The notes below the pieces were generated by a model. That model did no database searches. It was not told the origin of the DNA and saw only the letters and a program-made list of their open reading frames with translations. Made by a program: the position numbers and the translations under genes. Positions 1 through 10,920 of a stretch of DNA of 59,327 bases are shown here, piece after piece. Position 1 is the first letter of the stretch; every line of letters begins with the position of its first letter. This stretch comes from Pirellulales bacterium (lineage in GTDB: Bacteria > Planctomycetota > Planctomycetia > Pirellulales > UBA1268): the NCBI GenBank assembly GCA_044342075.1, contig JBIIQM010000006.1, forward strand, positions 1 to 59,327. Direction: 5' to 3'.

Positions 1-758
1 CGAAACGCTGGATGGGCGAGATCGTTCGCGTGCTCAAGCCCGACGGCACCTTCTGGCTGGCGATCGGCGACGAATACGCCGCCGAATTGAAGGTCACCGC
101 CACCCGCGAGCTCGGCCTCACCTGCCGGTCGTGGGTGGTCTGGTATTACACGTTCGGCGTCAACTGCAAGCAAAAGTTCAGCCGCTCGCACGCCCACATC
201 TTTCACTTCGTGAAAGATCCCGAGGCGTTTACATTCAACACCGAGGCGATCCGCGTGCCGAGCGCCCGCGAGCTCGTCTACGGCGACCGGCGGGCGAATC
301 CGCAGGGCCGTCTTCCGGACGACACCTGGATCCTCCGGCCGCAGGATCTGCCGGAGGGATTCGGCGCGGATGCCGATACCTGGTACTTCCCGCGGGTCTG
401 CGGCACGTTCAAGGAGCGCTCAGGCTGGCACGGCTGCCAAATGCCGGAGCAACTGCTCGGCCGGATTATCCGCGCCTCGAGCAACCCCGGCGACGTCGTG
501 CTCGATCCCTTCGGCGGCAGCGGCACGACGCTCGCGGTGGCCAAGAAGCTCGGCCGCTCGTTCCTGGGCCTCGAACTCTCGGAGGCCTATGCGGCGCGGA
601 TCAACGAGCGGCTTGCCGGCATCACGTCGGGCGACCCGCTCGACGGCGCCCCGGAGCCGCTCAAGAGCGTGCCCGCCACGAAAGACGGCCGTCGGCTCAA
701 GCCTGGCCACGGAACGTCGTCCCGCGGCCCGCGCCTGCGGCGCGCGAATGCGAGATAG
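1..758 (+). CDS. Site-specific DNA methyltransferase (N4-C/N6-A, beta-class order), 5'-truncated by the window edge
   Basis: [16 protein letters not shown] and the SAM-binding motif DPFGGSGTT near the C-terminus; the frame is open to the window start; no restriction gene follows it. Confidence 0.88.
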   Translation, partial: KRWMGEIVRVLKPDGTFWLAIGDEYAAELKVTATRELGLTCRSWVVWYYTFGVNCKQKFSRSHAHIFHFVKDPEAFTFNTEAIRVPSARELVYGDRRANPQGRLPDDTWILRPQDLPEGFGADADTWYFPRVCGTFKERSGWHGCQMPEQLLGRIIRASSNPGDVVLDPFGGSGTTLAVAKKLGRSFLGLELSEAYAARINERLAGITSGDPLDGAPEPLKSVPATKDGRRLKPGHGTSSRGPRLRRANAR

Positions 759-821
759 CCGAGCGAGCGACGCTCCCACGAATCAACCGTCCCGTCCATC
801 TTTTTCCTCCGGAGCCAACCC

Positions 822-1673
822 ATGAAATACGGCCTCAACCTTCTTCTTTGGACCGACCGGATGCACGAAGGCATGGTGCCGGTCGTCGAGCGCGTGAAGA
901 AGTTCGGCTATGACGGCGTCGAGATTCCGATCTTCGAGCTCAACGAGCCGCTCCATAAGGACTGGGGCAAGCGGCTCGACGACATCGGCCTCGAGCGCAC
1001 GGCCGTGACGGTCCGCGGCGCCGGCGACAATCCGATCAGCCCGTCGGAGAGCGTACGGGCCGCCGCGGTCGACGCGATGAAGCGCACGCTCGACTGCTGC
1101 CGGGCGGCCGGCGTGAAGACGCTCGTCGGCCCGTTCCACTCCGCGATCGGCGAGTTCACCGGCAAGGGACCGACCGACGATGAGTTCAAGTGGGGCGTCG
1201 AGACGATGCGGAAGGTGGCCGAGCATGCGGCGCAGGCCGGCGTCACGCTCGCCACGGAGTATCTCAACCGGTTCGAGAACTACTTCCTCACGAGCGTCGC
1301 CCAGACGGTGAAGTTCGTGCAGGCGGTGGACCATCCGCACGTGCGGATGATGTACGACACATTCCACGCGAATATCGAAGAGAAGGATCTCACCGCGGCG
1401 ATCAAGGCGGCGGCGCCCTATTCCGCGCTCGTCCACATCTCGGAAAACGACCGCAGCATCCCCGGCACCGGCCACGTCCACTGGAACGAGACGTTCGACG
1501 CGCTGCATGCGGCCGGCTACGACGGCTGGATGGTGGTGGAGGCGTTCGGCCTCGCCCTGCCAAACATTGCCGCGGCCACGAAGATCTGGCGCAAGATGTT
1601 TCCGTCGGAGGATCAACTCGCGACCGACTCGCTCGCCTTCATGAAGGCCCACGTCGCCAAACGCTGGAAGTAG
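822..1673 (+). CDS. Sugar phosphate isomerase/epimerase (D-tagatose/psicose 3-epimerase family TIM barrel)
   Basis: GYDGVEIP, EYLNRFE, DTFHANIEE and HISENDR motifs; GGAG RBS. Confidence 0.88.
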   Translation: MKYGLNLLLWTDRMHEGMVPVVERVKKFGYDGVEIPIFELNEPLHKDWGKRLDDIGLERTAVTVRGAGDNPISPSESVRAAAVDAMKRTLDCCRAAGVKTLVGPFHSAIGEFTGKGPTDDEFKWGVETMRKVAEHAAQAGVTLATEYLNRFENYFLTSVAQTVKFVQAVDHPHVRMMYDTFHANIEEKDLTAAIKAAAPYSALVHISENDRSIPGTGHVHWNETFDALHAAGYDGWMVVEAFGLALPNIAAATKIWRKMFPSEDQLATDSLAFMKAHVAKRWK

Positions 1674-1691
1674 GGTAGCCTTCAGGCTGCC
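1670..1691 (+). repeat. GTAG-family REP (stem-swapped variant)
   Basis: GTAGGGTAGCCTTCAGGCTGCC; its TAG is the upstream gene's stop. Confidence 0.8.
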
Positions 1692-1700
1692 ACTCTCCCC

Positions 1701-2447
1701 ATGCCCAAAAAACCCCCCGCCGCCGATCCACCCCCGTCCACCGGCCTCCACGCTCCGCCGGCCGATGGCGGGCTCTCGATCGACCGGCTGGCGCAGGCGT
1801 TTGCGGCGATGATGGGCACGGCCGATCCGTATGCCGCCGGCGAGCCGAAGCCGCCCGCCGACGTGGTGCAGGTTGACGCCTCCCCCGATCTCGACGACGG
1901 CTTCTCTTCCACGGCCGATGATGCGACCTGCCGCGTGAGCCCCTCGAGCATCCTGGAGTCGCTGCTCTTCGTGGGGCTGCCGGGGGGCGAGCCGCTGACG
2001 AGCCGCAAGGTGGCGAGCCTGATGCGGGGCGTGCGGCCGCAGGAGGTGGACGAACTCGCCGAGGAGCTCCGTCGCAAATACATCGCCAACAACTGCCCCT
2101 ATGAGGTCGTCTCGAAGGGGGCCGGCTGGGTGATGCGGCTGCGGCCCGAGTTTGCCCAGTTCGGCAACGTCCTCGAGACGCGGGCCCGGCTCGTGCGGCT
2201 CGACGGCGAGTCGCTCGATGTCTTGGCCGTCGTGGCCTGGAATCAGCCCGTGGGCCGCGACCGTCTGGTCGAGTTGGGCTGCGATGCTTCGCCGAGCGTC
2301 TTGCGCACGCTCGTGCGGCGTGGCCTGCTCGAGCTCGCGCAGGAAGGAGACGGCGAGCCCTCTTACCGCACGACGAAAAAGTTCCTCGAGGTCTTCCGGC
2401 TCGAATCGCTCGCCGACCTCCCGAAGCCCGACGCCCCGCCGACGTAG
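1701..2447 (+). CDS. scpB: SMC-Scp complex subunit ScpB
   Basis: ILESLLFV..EPL, LAVVAWNQPV and YRTTKKFLEVFRLESLADLP are ScpB-typical. Confidence 0.85.
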   Translation: MPKKPPAADPPPSTGLHAPPADGGLSIDRLAQAFAAMMGTADPYAAGEPKPPADVVQVDASPDLDDGFSSTADDATCRVSPSSILESLLFVGLPGGEPLTSRKVASLMRGVRPQEVDELAEELRRKYIANNCPYEVVSKGAGWVMRLRPEFAQFGNVLETRARLVRLDGESLDVLAVVAWNQPVGRDRLVELGCDASPSVLRTLVRRGLLELAQEGDGEPSYRTTKKFLEVFRLESLADLPKPDAPPT

Positions 2448-2522
2448 GGTAGGCTTCAGCCTGCCACCGGTGGGGCAGGCTTCCAGCCTGTCTGAAGTGG
2501 GGCAGGCTGAAGCCTACCCTAC
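2444..2522. repeat. REP cluster (3 units)
   Basis: GTAGGGTAGGCTTCAGCCTGCC ... GGCAGGCTGAAGCCTACCCTAC; supplies the stops of both convergent genes. Confidence 0.9.
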
Positions 2523-3781
2523 CGCCTCACCCACTCAATCGCCGCCTCTCGGCTCGTGATCTCGCCGTCGAGTTGCTTGGCTCGCAAGGCGGCAAGCGCC
2601 GCCCCAAGGGCGCGCCCCTCCGGAATGCCCGCCGCCATCAGATCGCTCCCCGTCACGAGCGGCGGTGGGTCGAGTTCGGCCTTTGGCCGCGAAGCCTGCG
2701 CAGTCACCCAGGCCGCGGCCTCGGGATTCCCGCGACCGCAGTCGGCCCGCGCCCGCAGCAGATCTGCCAGCAGGTAGGCATCATCATGGGCGAGCCAGGG
2801 CTGCACCTGCGACCAAGGCCGCGCGGCGAGTTCCCCGGCAGTTGCGTTGCCGATTGCCGCCACCGCATCCACGAGCCAGCAGGCGAGCTTCACCTCGCGG
2901 TTGGAAAGCCGGAGCCTGTGGGCGGCATGCCGGAGCCGTTCCTCGCCGGCCGTTTCGAAGAGCGCCGCCAAGGCCGTGGAGAGATCAGGTTCGTCGAGCG
3001 CATCGATGATCCGGGCGGCTTCCTGCCAGGATGCGCGGGCTGAAGCATCGCCATCGGCGGGCGCCACTTCCGGAAGCACCTCGCGGGCGAGGCCCGTCTC
3101 GTCGAGCAGATCGAGCGCCCGCCGCCTGCCGGGCCGCCCGACCATTGCCCGCAGTTCCGCGGCGATCCTTTCGGGGCTGACGGTGGTGACAAGGTGCGTC
3201 ATCCTCTCGATCGCGGCCCGCGTCTCGCCGTCGAGGGCGAAGCCAAACGCAGCGGCGAACCGGATGGCCCGGAGCATCCGCAGGTGATCCTCCCCAAACC
3301 GCATCGCTGGCACGCCGATCGCCCGCACGACGCCGGCCTTGAGATCCTCGCGACCGCCGACGTAGTCGTGCACTTCGCCGGACAGTGGATCGAGAAACAG
3401 GCCGTTGATCGTGAAGTCGCGCCGCTGGGCGTCTTCTTGGGGGCTCGAAAACCTGACACCGGCCGGGTGGCGGCCGTCGGTGTAGGCCTCATCGGTCCGA
3501 AACGTGGCCACCTCGATCTGCCCGGAATCCCGCGCACCCAGCACCGTGATCACGCCAAATGCCGCCCCCACGGCAAGTGTCCGCCGGCGGCCAAACACCT
3601 CCCGCACCTCGTCGGGCTTGGCCGACGTGGCCACATCGTAGTCCGCCGGAATCCGGCCAAAAAGCTCATCCCGGACGCAGCCCCCGGCCCAAAAAGCCTG
3701 GAAACCGGCCGTCCGCAGCCGCTCGACCACGTCGATTGCAAACTGTCTGGCCCGCTCCGGGTCGGACACTTTTGGCTGCAT
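2519..3781 (-). CDS. cca: CCA tRNA nucleotidyltransferase / poly(A) polymerase family
   Basis: GGCVRD, DYDVAT, EVATFR, RRDFTIN and EDHLRMLRAIRF motifs. Confidence 0.9.
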   Translation of the reverse strand: MQPKVSDPERARQFAIDVVERLRTAGFQAFWAGGCVRDELFGRIPADYDVATSAKPDEVREVFGRRRTLAVGAAFGVITVLGARDSGQIEVATFRTDEAYTDGRHPAGVRFSSPQEDAQRRDFTINGLFLDPLSGEVHDYVGGREDLKAGVVRAIGVPAMRFGEDHLRMLRAIRFAAAFGFALDGETRAAIERMTHLVTTVSPERIAAELRAMVGRPGRRRALDLLDETGLAREVLPEVAPADGDASARASWQEAARIIDALDEPDLSTALAALFETAGEERLRHAAHRLRLSNREVKLACWLVDAVAAIGNATAGELAARPWSQVQPWLAHDDAYLLADLLRARADCGRGNPEAAAWVTAQASRPKAELDPPPLVTGSDLMAAGIPEGRALGAALAALRAKQLDGEITSREAAIEWVRR

Positions 3782-3792
3782 GGGTTTGCTCG

Positions 3793-3822
3793 TTGACGGC
3801 GGGGGGCAACAGCCGATATTAT
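3793..3822 (+). promoter_or_regulatory. Candidate sigma70-like promoter for the DUF1559 gene
   Basis: TTGACG-N18-TATTAT about 160 nt upstream of the start, in the divergent intergenic region. Confidence 0.45.
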
Positions 3823-3982
3823 GAATGAGTTAGGGGCAAATCGGAAAACGCTTCAATCGGCAGGGATTCCGGGGACCATTCATTCTTTTTCAGACGGTTC
3901 CGGCGTCGTTTCCGAAGGTTCGTTTCCGAGCCTGTTTTTCATTTCTTCATAGAAAGGCCCGCGAGGGCGAAAGGTGTTTCAA

Positions 3983-4960
3983 ATGACGCTTTCAACCTTC
4001 AATTCGAAGCGGCGAGGCTTCACGCTCGTCGAACTGCTGGTGGTGATCGCCATCATCGGCACGCTGGTCGGCTTGCTTCTGCCTGCCGTGCAGTCGGCAC
4101 GTGAGGCTGCCCGTCGGAGTTCATGCAGCAATAACCTCAAGCAGTTGGGGTTGGGGCTTCACATCTTTGCGGACACGAACCGCAGAGGCAGTGACAATAC
4201 GTTTCCCAGGATCAGCAGTACGGGCGTTGTGGCTGCCTCTGGATCCACTTCGGCAGGATTTGGTTGGATGTCGCGAATCCTTGGTGGAATGGAGGAAACC
4301 AACCTCATGCGGCAACTGACGGGCACCGCGACTCCGCCTACTGTTTCCATGGTCACCGGCACGGTCACGTTGTCTGTGTCGGGATTGGCTCCGAGCGGCG
4401 CCACGTTTACCCCACTGAAGTTCGCTCTGTGCCCGAGTTTTTCGGGTGAAACGACGAGCGTGAGCGGAGGCACCGGCGAAGGCATTAGCAACTATCGCGC
4501 TAATGCCGGCGTCTGGACAAGTGGTTCCGCGATCGACAACGGCGGACTTTCCTTCACGCAGCAGGTGGGCTTCGGAGGTTTTTCCGACGGCACCAGCAAG
4601 ACGATCGTCGTCGCGGAAAGCCGCGAAGGAATCCGGCCGGGCGTCACAGGGACAACAGCTAATCGGTGGGCATACGGTGAGCTTTGGACACCTGCATCCA
4701 TCAACAGTGGCACTGCAGTGAATGGCGTTTGGCCGACTACGACGGTGAGCCTCCTCGGCAGCGGAAGCACAGGAGGGACGGTCGGCACGCTCGTCCCTAC
4801 GTTGTCTTTGAGCTTCGGACCTTCTAGCGACCACTCCGGCAATCAGGCGGGCCATCTGTTCGCTGACGGCCATATTGAGTTCATCAACTACGATATCGAC
4901 AAGACGACCTACCATTCGCTCAGCACCCGCAATACGGGTGACCGTGTCGGGGATTACTGA
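3983..4960 (+). CDS. DUF1559 family prepilin-type N-terminal cleavage/methylation protein
   Basis: [48 protein letters not shown]; DGTSKT; C-terminal H-x9-DG ([13 protein letters not shown]). Confidence 0.93.
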   Translation: MTLSTFNSKRRGFTLVELLVVIAIIGTLVGLLLPAVQSAREAARRSSCSNNLKQLGLGLHIFADTNRRGSDNTFPRISSTGVVAASGSTSAGFGWMSRILGGMEETNLMRQLTGTATPPTVSMVTGTVTLSVSGLAPSGATFTPLKFALCPSFSGETTSVSGGTGEGISNYRANAGVWTSGSAIDNGGLSFTQQVGFGGFSDGTSKTIVVAESREGIRPGVTGTTANRWAYGELWTPASINSGTAVNGVWPTTTVSLLGSGSTGGTVGTLVPTLSLSFGPSSDHSGNQAGHLFADGHIEFINYDIDKTTYHSLSTRNTGDRVGDY

Positions 4961-5000
4961 TCCCGTCTTGCGGCAGTCTTCTTTCCCATCGCGTAACATG

Positions 5001-5035
5001 GGTGGCCGGCGAGTTCCTCGCCGGCCACCTTTTTT
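5001..5035 (+). terminator. Intrinsic terminator
   Basis: 13-bp perfect stem GGTGGCCGGCGAG/CTCGCCGGCCACC plus T6 after the DUF1559 stop. Confidence 0.85.
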
Positions 5036-5046
5036 GATATCGCACC

Positions 5047-5397
5047 ATGAGCCAACCATCTCCAACCATCGAACTCACGTCTGCCGACGCTGCGAAGCAA
5101 GTAAAAAACGCCGCAGCGTGCACACAGCCCTTGCTGCTCGACTGCCGCACGGCCGAGGAATATGCGATCGCGAAGATCGAGGGAGCGGTTCTGATCCCGA
5201 TGCAGGAAATTGCCGAGAGGCTTTCCGAACTCGAGCCTTGGCGCGACAAGCCGATCATCGTCCACTGTCACCATGGCGTCCGCAGCCTGCGCGTCACGCA
5301 TTTCCTGCGTGACAAGGGATTCCCTCAGGCACAGAGCATGAAGGGCGGGATCGACGCCTGGAGCGTCGAGGTCGATCCCTCCGTGCCCCGGTATTGA
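5047..5397 (+). CDS. Rhodanese-like domain protein
   Basis: LLDCRTAEEY, CHHGVRS active-site loop, MKGGIDAW. Confidence 0.9.
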   Translation: MSQPSPTIELTSADAAKQVKNAAACTQPLLLDCRTAEEYAIAKIEGAVLIPMQEIAERLSELEPWRDKPIIVHCHHGVRSLRVTHFLRDKGFPQAQSMKGGIDAWSVEVDPSVPRY

Positions 5398-5403
5398 ACG
5401 TAC

Positions 5404-5485
5404 GACAGGCCTCCGTGCCTGTCATGTCCTGAGTAGGACAGGCTTTAGCCTGTCATAAATGCCGACAGGCTAAAGCCTGTCCTAC
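5404..5485. repeat. REP cluster overlapping the 3' end of the MnmE-like gene
   Basis: GTAGGACAGGCTTTAGCCTGTC and an inverted copy. Confidence 0.9.
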
Positions 5486-6529
5486 AGTAAAGGGCACCGC
5501 ACCGCTAAGCAGATCGGGATCCTGCTGCTCCTCCGGCACGAGCCACCGCACGATCGCCGCGGCGAGTTCCGCAATGCCTTCGCCGGTGACGGTTGATGTG
5601 CGATTCACGCCCGGGGGCAGCAGGTATCCCGCTGGTGCGAGATCGCACTTGGCCGCCACGGCGACGTCGCGGGGATTGTCCGCAGAGGCAGGCTGGAAGC
5701 CTGCCCCACCGAGGCGGAGCACGAGGTCCGCCTCGGCCGTCGCGGCGATCGCCCGCTCGATGCCGGCTCGCTCGGTCGGCGAAGCGTCGGCGAGATCCGC
5801 CTCTCGCAGGCCCGCCGTGTCGATGAGGTCGATCTCCCAGCCGTCGAGCACGATCCGCGTCTCGAGCACGTCGCGCGTCGTGCCCGGCTCGGCCGACACG
5901 ATGCTCCGGGCATGGCCGGCCAAGGCGTTCACGAGGCTGCTCTTCCCCGCATTCACCGGGCCCGCCAGCACCACCCGCCAGGGCCTTGTCAGCCGCAGGC
6001 CAACCCGCGAGGCCCGCACGAGCCGCGCGACGGCCGCATCGGCCTCGGCCTGCCTGCCCGTCGCCCGGAGTGCCCGGATGCGATCGATCTCGCGCCCAAG
6101 CTGCCCGGCGAGTTGCCGGGCGAGAATCCGCGCCGCCTTCGGCCCGCTCGCCTGCGCGAGCGCCTCGCGGGCCTCGACCTCGATCTCGGACGCGCCGCCC
6201 GTGGCCAGCCATTCCGCCCAAGGCTGCCGCACGGCCCCCGCGGCCTCGAGGCTCTTGATCACCGCCTCGCTCGCCGCGCGCCCGCCGTGGCAATGCACCT
6301 CGAACGATTCCGGGGTGCGGCGGACGACGACCAGTTCCTCCCCTCGCTCGGGATCGGCCCAGCGGCCGAAGACGATCTCCCCGTCGGGCCGCTCGGCGAG
6401 AGGCGCGCCGCGCGGATGGAAGAGCTTTGCGACGACGTCCAGGGCGCCGGCCCCCGCCACGCCGACGACGGCAAGCGCGCCGCGGCCCGGCGGCGTAAGC
6501 AGGGCTACCCGAACTCGTGTGTCATGCAT
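5453..6529 (-). CDS. MnmE/TrmE-like GTPase (short planctomycete form)
   Basis: N-terminal TPPGRGALAVV, EVHCHGG, G1 GPVNAGKSS, G2 PGTTRD, G3 DTAG; lacks the C-terminal FCIGK. Confidence 0.8.
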   Translation of the reverse strand: MHDTRVRVALLTPPGRGALAVVGVAGAGALDVVAKLFHPRGAPLAERPDGEIVFGRWADPERGEELVVVRRTPESFEVHCHGGRAASEAVIKSLEAAGAVRQPWAEWLATGGASEIEVEAREALAQASGPKAARILARQLAGQLGREIDRIRALRATGRQAEADAAVARLVRASRVGLRLTRPWRVVLAGPVNAGKSSLVNALAGHARSIVSAEPGTTRDVLETRIVLDGWEIDLIDTAGLREADLADASPTERAGIERAIAATAEADLVLRLGGAGFQPASADNPRDVAVAAKCDLAPAGYLLPPGVNRTSTVTGEGIAELAAAIVRWLVPEEQQDPDLLSGAVPFTVGQALACRHL

Positions 6530-6540
6530 ACAAGGTACGT

Positions 6541-6593
6541 GGCAGGCTGAAGCCTACCCTACTTGGGATACGACAGGCAGAAGCCTGTCCTAC
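6541..6593 (-). repeat. REP doublet
   Basis: GGCAGGCTGAAGCCTACCCTAC; GACAGGCAGAAGCCTGTCCTAC. Confidence 0.85.
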
Positions 6594-6607
6594 TTCGGAG
6601 AAAAACG

Positions 6608-7078
6608 ATGGCCGACTGGATCGAGGAAGGTTCGAAGGCGCCGGATTTCACGCTGCCCACCCACGACGGCACGAAACTGAAGCTTTCGAGCCTCCGGGGT
6701 CAGCCCGTAGTCCTTTATTTCTACCCCAAGGACGACACGCCCGGCTGCACGAAGGAAGCCTGCGGCTTCCGCGACACCAAGGCCAAGCTGGCCAAGCACA
6801 AGGCAGTGGTCCTCGGCGTGAGCCCCGATTCATCCGAGAGCCACGAGAAATTCCGCACGAAATACAAGCTCCCCTTCACGCTCCTGGCCGACGAGGGGCA
6901 TAAGGTGGCCGAGAAATATGGCGCCTGGCGGGAGAAAAACATGTATGGGAAGAAGTCGATGGGGATCGCGAGGAGCACGTTCATCATCGACGCCTCCGGC
7001 AACGTGGCGAAGGTCTTCAAGGCCGTGAGGGCCGACGGCCACGCCGAGCAGGTGCTGGCCGCGCTGGCGGACATGTAG
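6608..7078 (+). CDS. bcp: Thioredoxin-dependent peroxiredoxin (BCP/PrxQ)
   Basis: YFYPKDDTPGCTKEACGFRD; start placed at ATG 6608 after a GGAG RBS. Confidence 0.93.
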   Translation: MADWIEEGSKAPDFTLPTHDGTKLKLSSLRGQPVVLYFYPKDDTPGCTKEACGFRDTKAKLAKHKAVVLGVSPDSSESHEKFRTKYKLPFTLLADEGHKVAEKYGAWREKNMYGKKSMGIARSTFIIDASGNVAKVFKAVRADGHAEQVLAALADM

Positions 7079-7122
7079 GGTAGGCTTTAGCCTGCCAACG
7101 AATTGGCCTTAGCCTGTCCTAC
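7075..7122. repeat. REP doublet
   Basis: GTAGGGTAGGCTTTAGCCTGCC ... AGCCTGTCCTAC; TAG is the bcp stop. Confidence 0.85.
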
Positions 7123-7210
7123 GTACAACCCGTACGATCAGCACGCTTTTCCGTGCGGTGGCCTGCGACGGCGGCCGCATGCCCCGCGGCACGGCGCATA
7201 CTTGCTCGCC

Positions 7211-7888
7211 ATGCATACCTTTCTCGCGAAATGCGCCGCGCTCGCGGTGCTCTTGGGCGGCTTTTTCGTAACGGGCGATGTTGCGAAACTGGCCGAGCAG
7301 GGCACGAAACTGCTCAACGCCACGACGGTGCCGGACACTGGCCCGGCCGAAGACGCTTTTCCGCCGGCGCCAGCCCTAGCCTCCCCGTATCAGGCCGCCG
7401 CTCCCGCGCCTCCCCAGCCCGTCCCGTCGCCGGCACAGCCGGAGGCCCAATCAGCGGTGGCTGCGATGCAGACTGCCCCTGAGCCGGTTCCCACGCCACA
7501 CCCTCGTGCCCCACTGGGCCACCGCGTCACCCGTCCCGTCCCCCCCGCCGACTCGCCGGCGGCCCTCGAGCTGTCGACGCTGCGAGCGGGAGACCGGCTG
7601 CTTGTCTGGGTCGGCCGCTCTCCCTCCACGATGGCGCTGATCGCCTACGACATCGTCGATCCGGCCGCGGGCGAGGCCCTCGAGCACCGGCACCTGTTCG
7701 AAGACGAAGACGCTGCCGTGCACGCCGTGCCCCGGCGGGTGCAGATTGCGGGCGACTCCATCCGGGACGGCTTGATCATGCGCAGCGGCATGCTCCGGCT
7801 GCTGCCGGCAGGCATCGTGCATGGCGCCGGCACGCCGCCGCAGGCCGAAGTGATCGGCCCGGTCCGGGCGATGCAAGTGCAGCGGTAG
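7211..7888 (+). CDS. Hypothetical exported protein with a Pro/Ala-rich linker
   Basis: Hydrophobic N-terminus MHTFLAKCAALAVLLGGFFV; GC3-biased codons. Confidence 0.6.
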   Translation: MHTFLAKCAALAVLLGGFFVTGDVAKLAEQGTKLLNATTVPDTGPAEDAFPPAPALASPYQAAAPAPPQPVPSPAQPEAQSAVAAMQTAPEPVPTPHPRAPLGHRVTRPVPPADSPAALELSTLRAGDRLLVWVGRSPSTMALIAYDIVDPAAGEALEHRHLFEDEDAAVHAVPRRVQIAGDSIRDGLIMRSGMLRLLPAGIVHGAGTPPQAEVIGPVRAMQVQR

Positions 7889-7938
7889 ACCGCTTCGGGA
7901 CGAAGCGATCTGCTTCGACAGGCTGAAGCCTGTCCTAC
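7885..7938. repeat. Mixed REP doublet (second family plus main family)
   Basis: GTAGACCGCTTCGGGACGAAGCG followed by GACAGGCTGAAGCCTGTCCTAC. Confidence 0.85.
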
Positions 7939-7949
7939 CCAAAGCCGGG

Positions 7950-9638
<1,689 letters not shown>

Positions 9639-9835
9639 GAATGTGGGGGTTTCGGGGAGAAAGCGGGTTGGGGGAGCGAGACACGCGGGCCACGGGGAAA
9701 ACGAGCCTCGCAGTGTAGCAGGCCCTTCGTCCCCGAACAATCGAGCGTTTTGCCCCGGCCACCCGGTTTTCCCAGGCCGTCGACTCTGGTCCCGGGTGGC
9801 AAAGTCCGCGGCGGTCGGTCGATGGAAATGGAACC

Positions 9836-10846
9836 ATGGCGTCGCGCTTTGATCAGTCGGGCGGGAAGGGGTGGGGCACGCCTCCGGCTTGCCGCATCGT
9901 GAGCCTCTGGCTCGCGGCCCTCGCGATCTGGCTCCTGCCCTCAGCCGCTCACGCGCAATTCCTCGAGGGGGAAAAAACAGCCGCCGGCCCGAGGCTCGGC
10001 GAAGCACGGGCGCAGAAATTCCGCGTCGGGGTCGAAGTCAAGGCGGTGGGCGGACCCTGCAAGGGGATCTACGCCACCATGCCGGTGCCGGCCGACTGGC
10101 CCGAGCAGAAGGTGCAGGTCGTGAGCGAAGACCTCTCGGCGGATGTCCGCGGCCTCCGCTACCGGATGCTGCCCGGCGGCGTCCGACAGATGATCGTGGA
10201 GATTCCCGATCTGCCTTCGGGCGAGACGGCGAAGGCCGTCGTGACGTTTTCCCTCGAACGGGCGAGCATCCTGCCGCCGGAAGACACCTCGTCGCTCACG
10301 ATCCCCGAAAAGCCCGACCGGGCGCTGCGGCAGTATCTCGGCGCGAGCCCCTACATCGAAGTCCGCCACCCGAAGATCGTGAAGCTCGCCAAGGCCACGG
10401 GCGAAGGCTTCGAAGGCTGGCAGAAGGTGGAGGCGATCTACGACACGGTCCGCGAGAAGGTGGAATATCGCAACGGCGAATTGAAGGGGGCCGCGCGGGC
10501 GCTCGCCGATGGCTGGGGCGACTGCGAGGAACTGACGTGTCTCTTCATCGCCATGTGCCGCGCCGAGGGCATCCCCGCCCGCACCGTCTGGGTCGAGGGG
10601 CACTGCTACCCCGAGTTTTATCTTGTCGATGCGAAGGGCAACGGCTGGTGGTTTCCCTGCCAGGCCGCCGGCACGCGGGCCTTCGGCGGGATGCCCGACC
10701 AGTTGCCGATCCTCCAGAAGGGCGATGCCTTCCGCGATCCAGACCGCCCCGGCAAGTCGCTGCGGTATGTGTCGGAATTCGTCCGCGGCTCCGCCGTCGA
10801 GGGCGGCGGCTCGCCGAAAGTGACGTGGATCCGCGAGCCAGGGTAG
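9836..10846 (+). CDS. Secreted transglutaminase-like domain protein
   Basis: Signal-like segment ending AHA; GDCEE catalytic Cys; GIPAR..HCYPEFY; start uncertain. Confidence 0.82.
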   Translation: MASRFDQSGGKGWGTPPACRIVSLWLAALAIWLLPSAAHAQFLEGEKTAAGPRLGEARAQKFRVGVEVKAVGGPCKGIYATMPVPADWPEQKVQVVSEDLSADVRGLRYRMLPGGVRQMIVEIPDLPSGETAKAVVTFSLERASILPPEDTSSLTIPEKPDRALRQYLGASPYIEVRHPKIVKLAKATGEGFEGWQKVEAIYDTVREKVEYRNGELKGAARALADGWGDCEELTCLFIAMCRAEGIPARTVWVEGHCYPEFYLVDAKGNGWWFPCQAAGTRAFGGMPDQLPILQKGDAFRDPDRPGKSLRYVSEFVRGSAVEGGGSPKVTWIREPG

Positions 10847-10850
10847 CAGC

Positions 10851-10920
10851 GAAAAAGGTGTCAGGACTCTTTTTTTCGTCCCTCGTTTGGGACGAAAAAA
10901 AGAGTCCTGACACCTTTTTC
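10851..10920. repeat. Perfect 32-bp inverted repeat (REPIN-like element / bidirectional terminator)
   Basis: GAAAAAGGTGTCAGGACTCTTTTTTTCGTCCC, loop TCGTTT, then the exact reverse complement; lies between convergent genes. Confidence 0.9.

Noticed and set aside
1-758. Restriction-modification system
   Set aside because: No endonuclease downstream and the upstream context is outside the window; looks like an orphan methyltransferase
9639-10007. Long N-terminal extension of rpsA in the ORF track
   Set aside because: Overlaps the divergent gene and promoter region; S1-like sequence starts at MVNRNL (9638)
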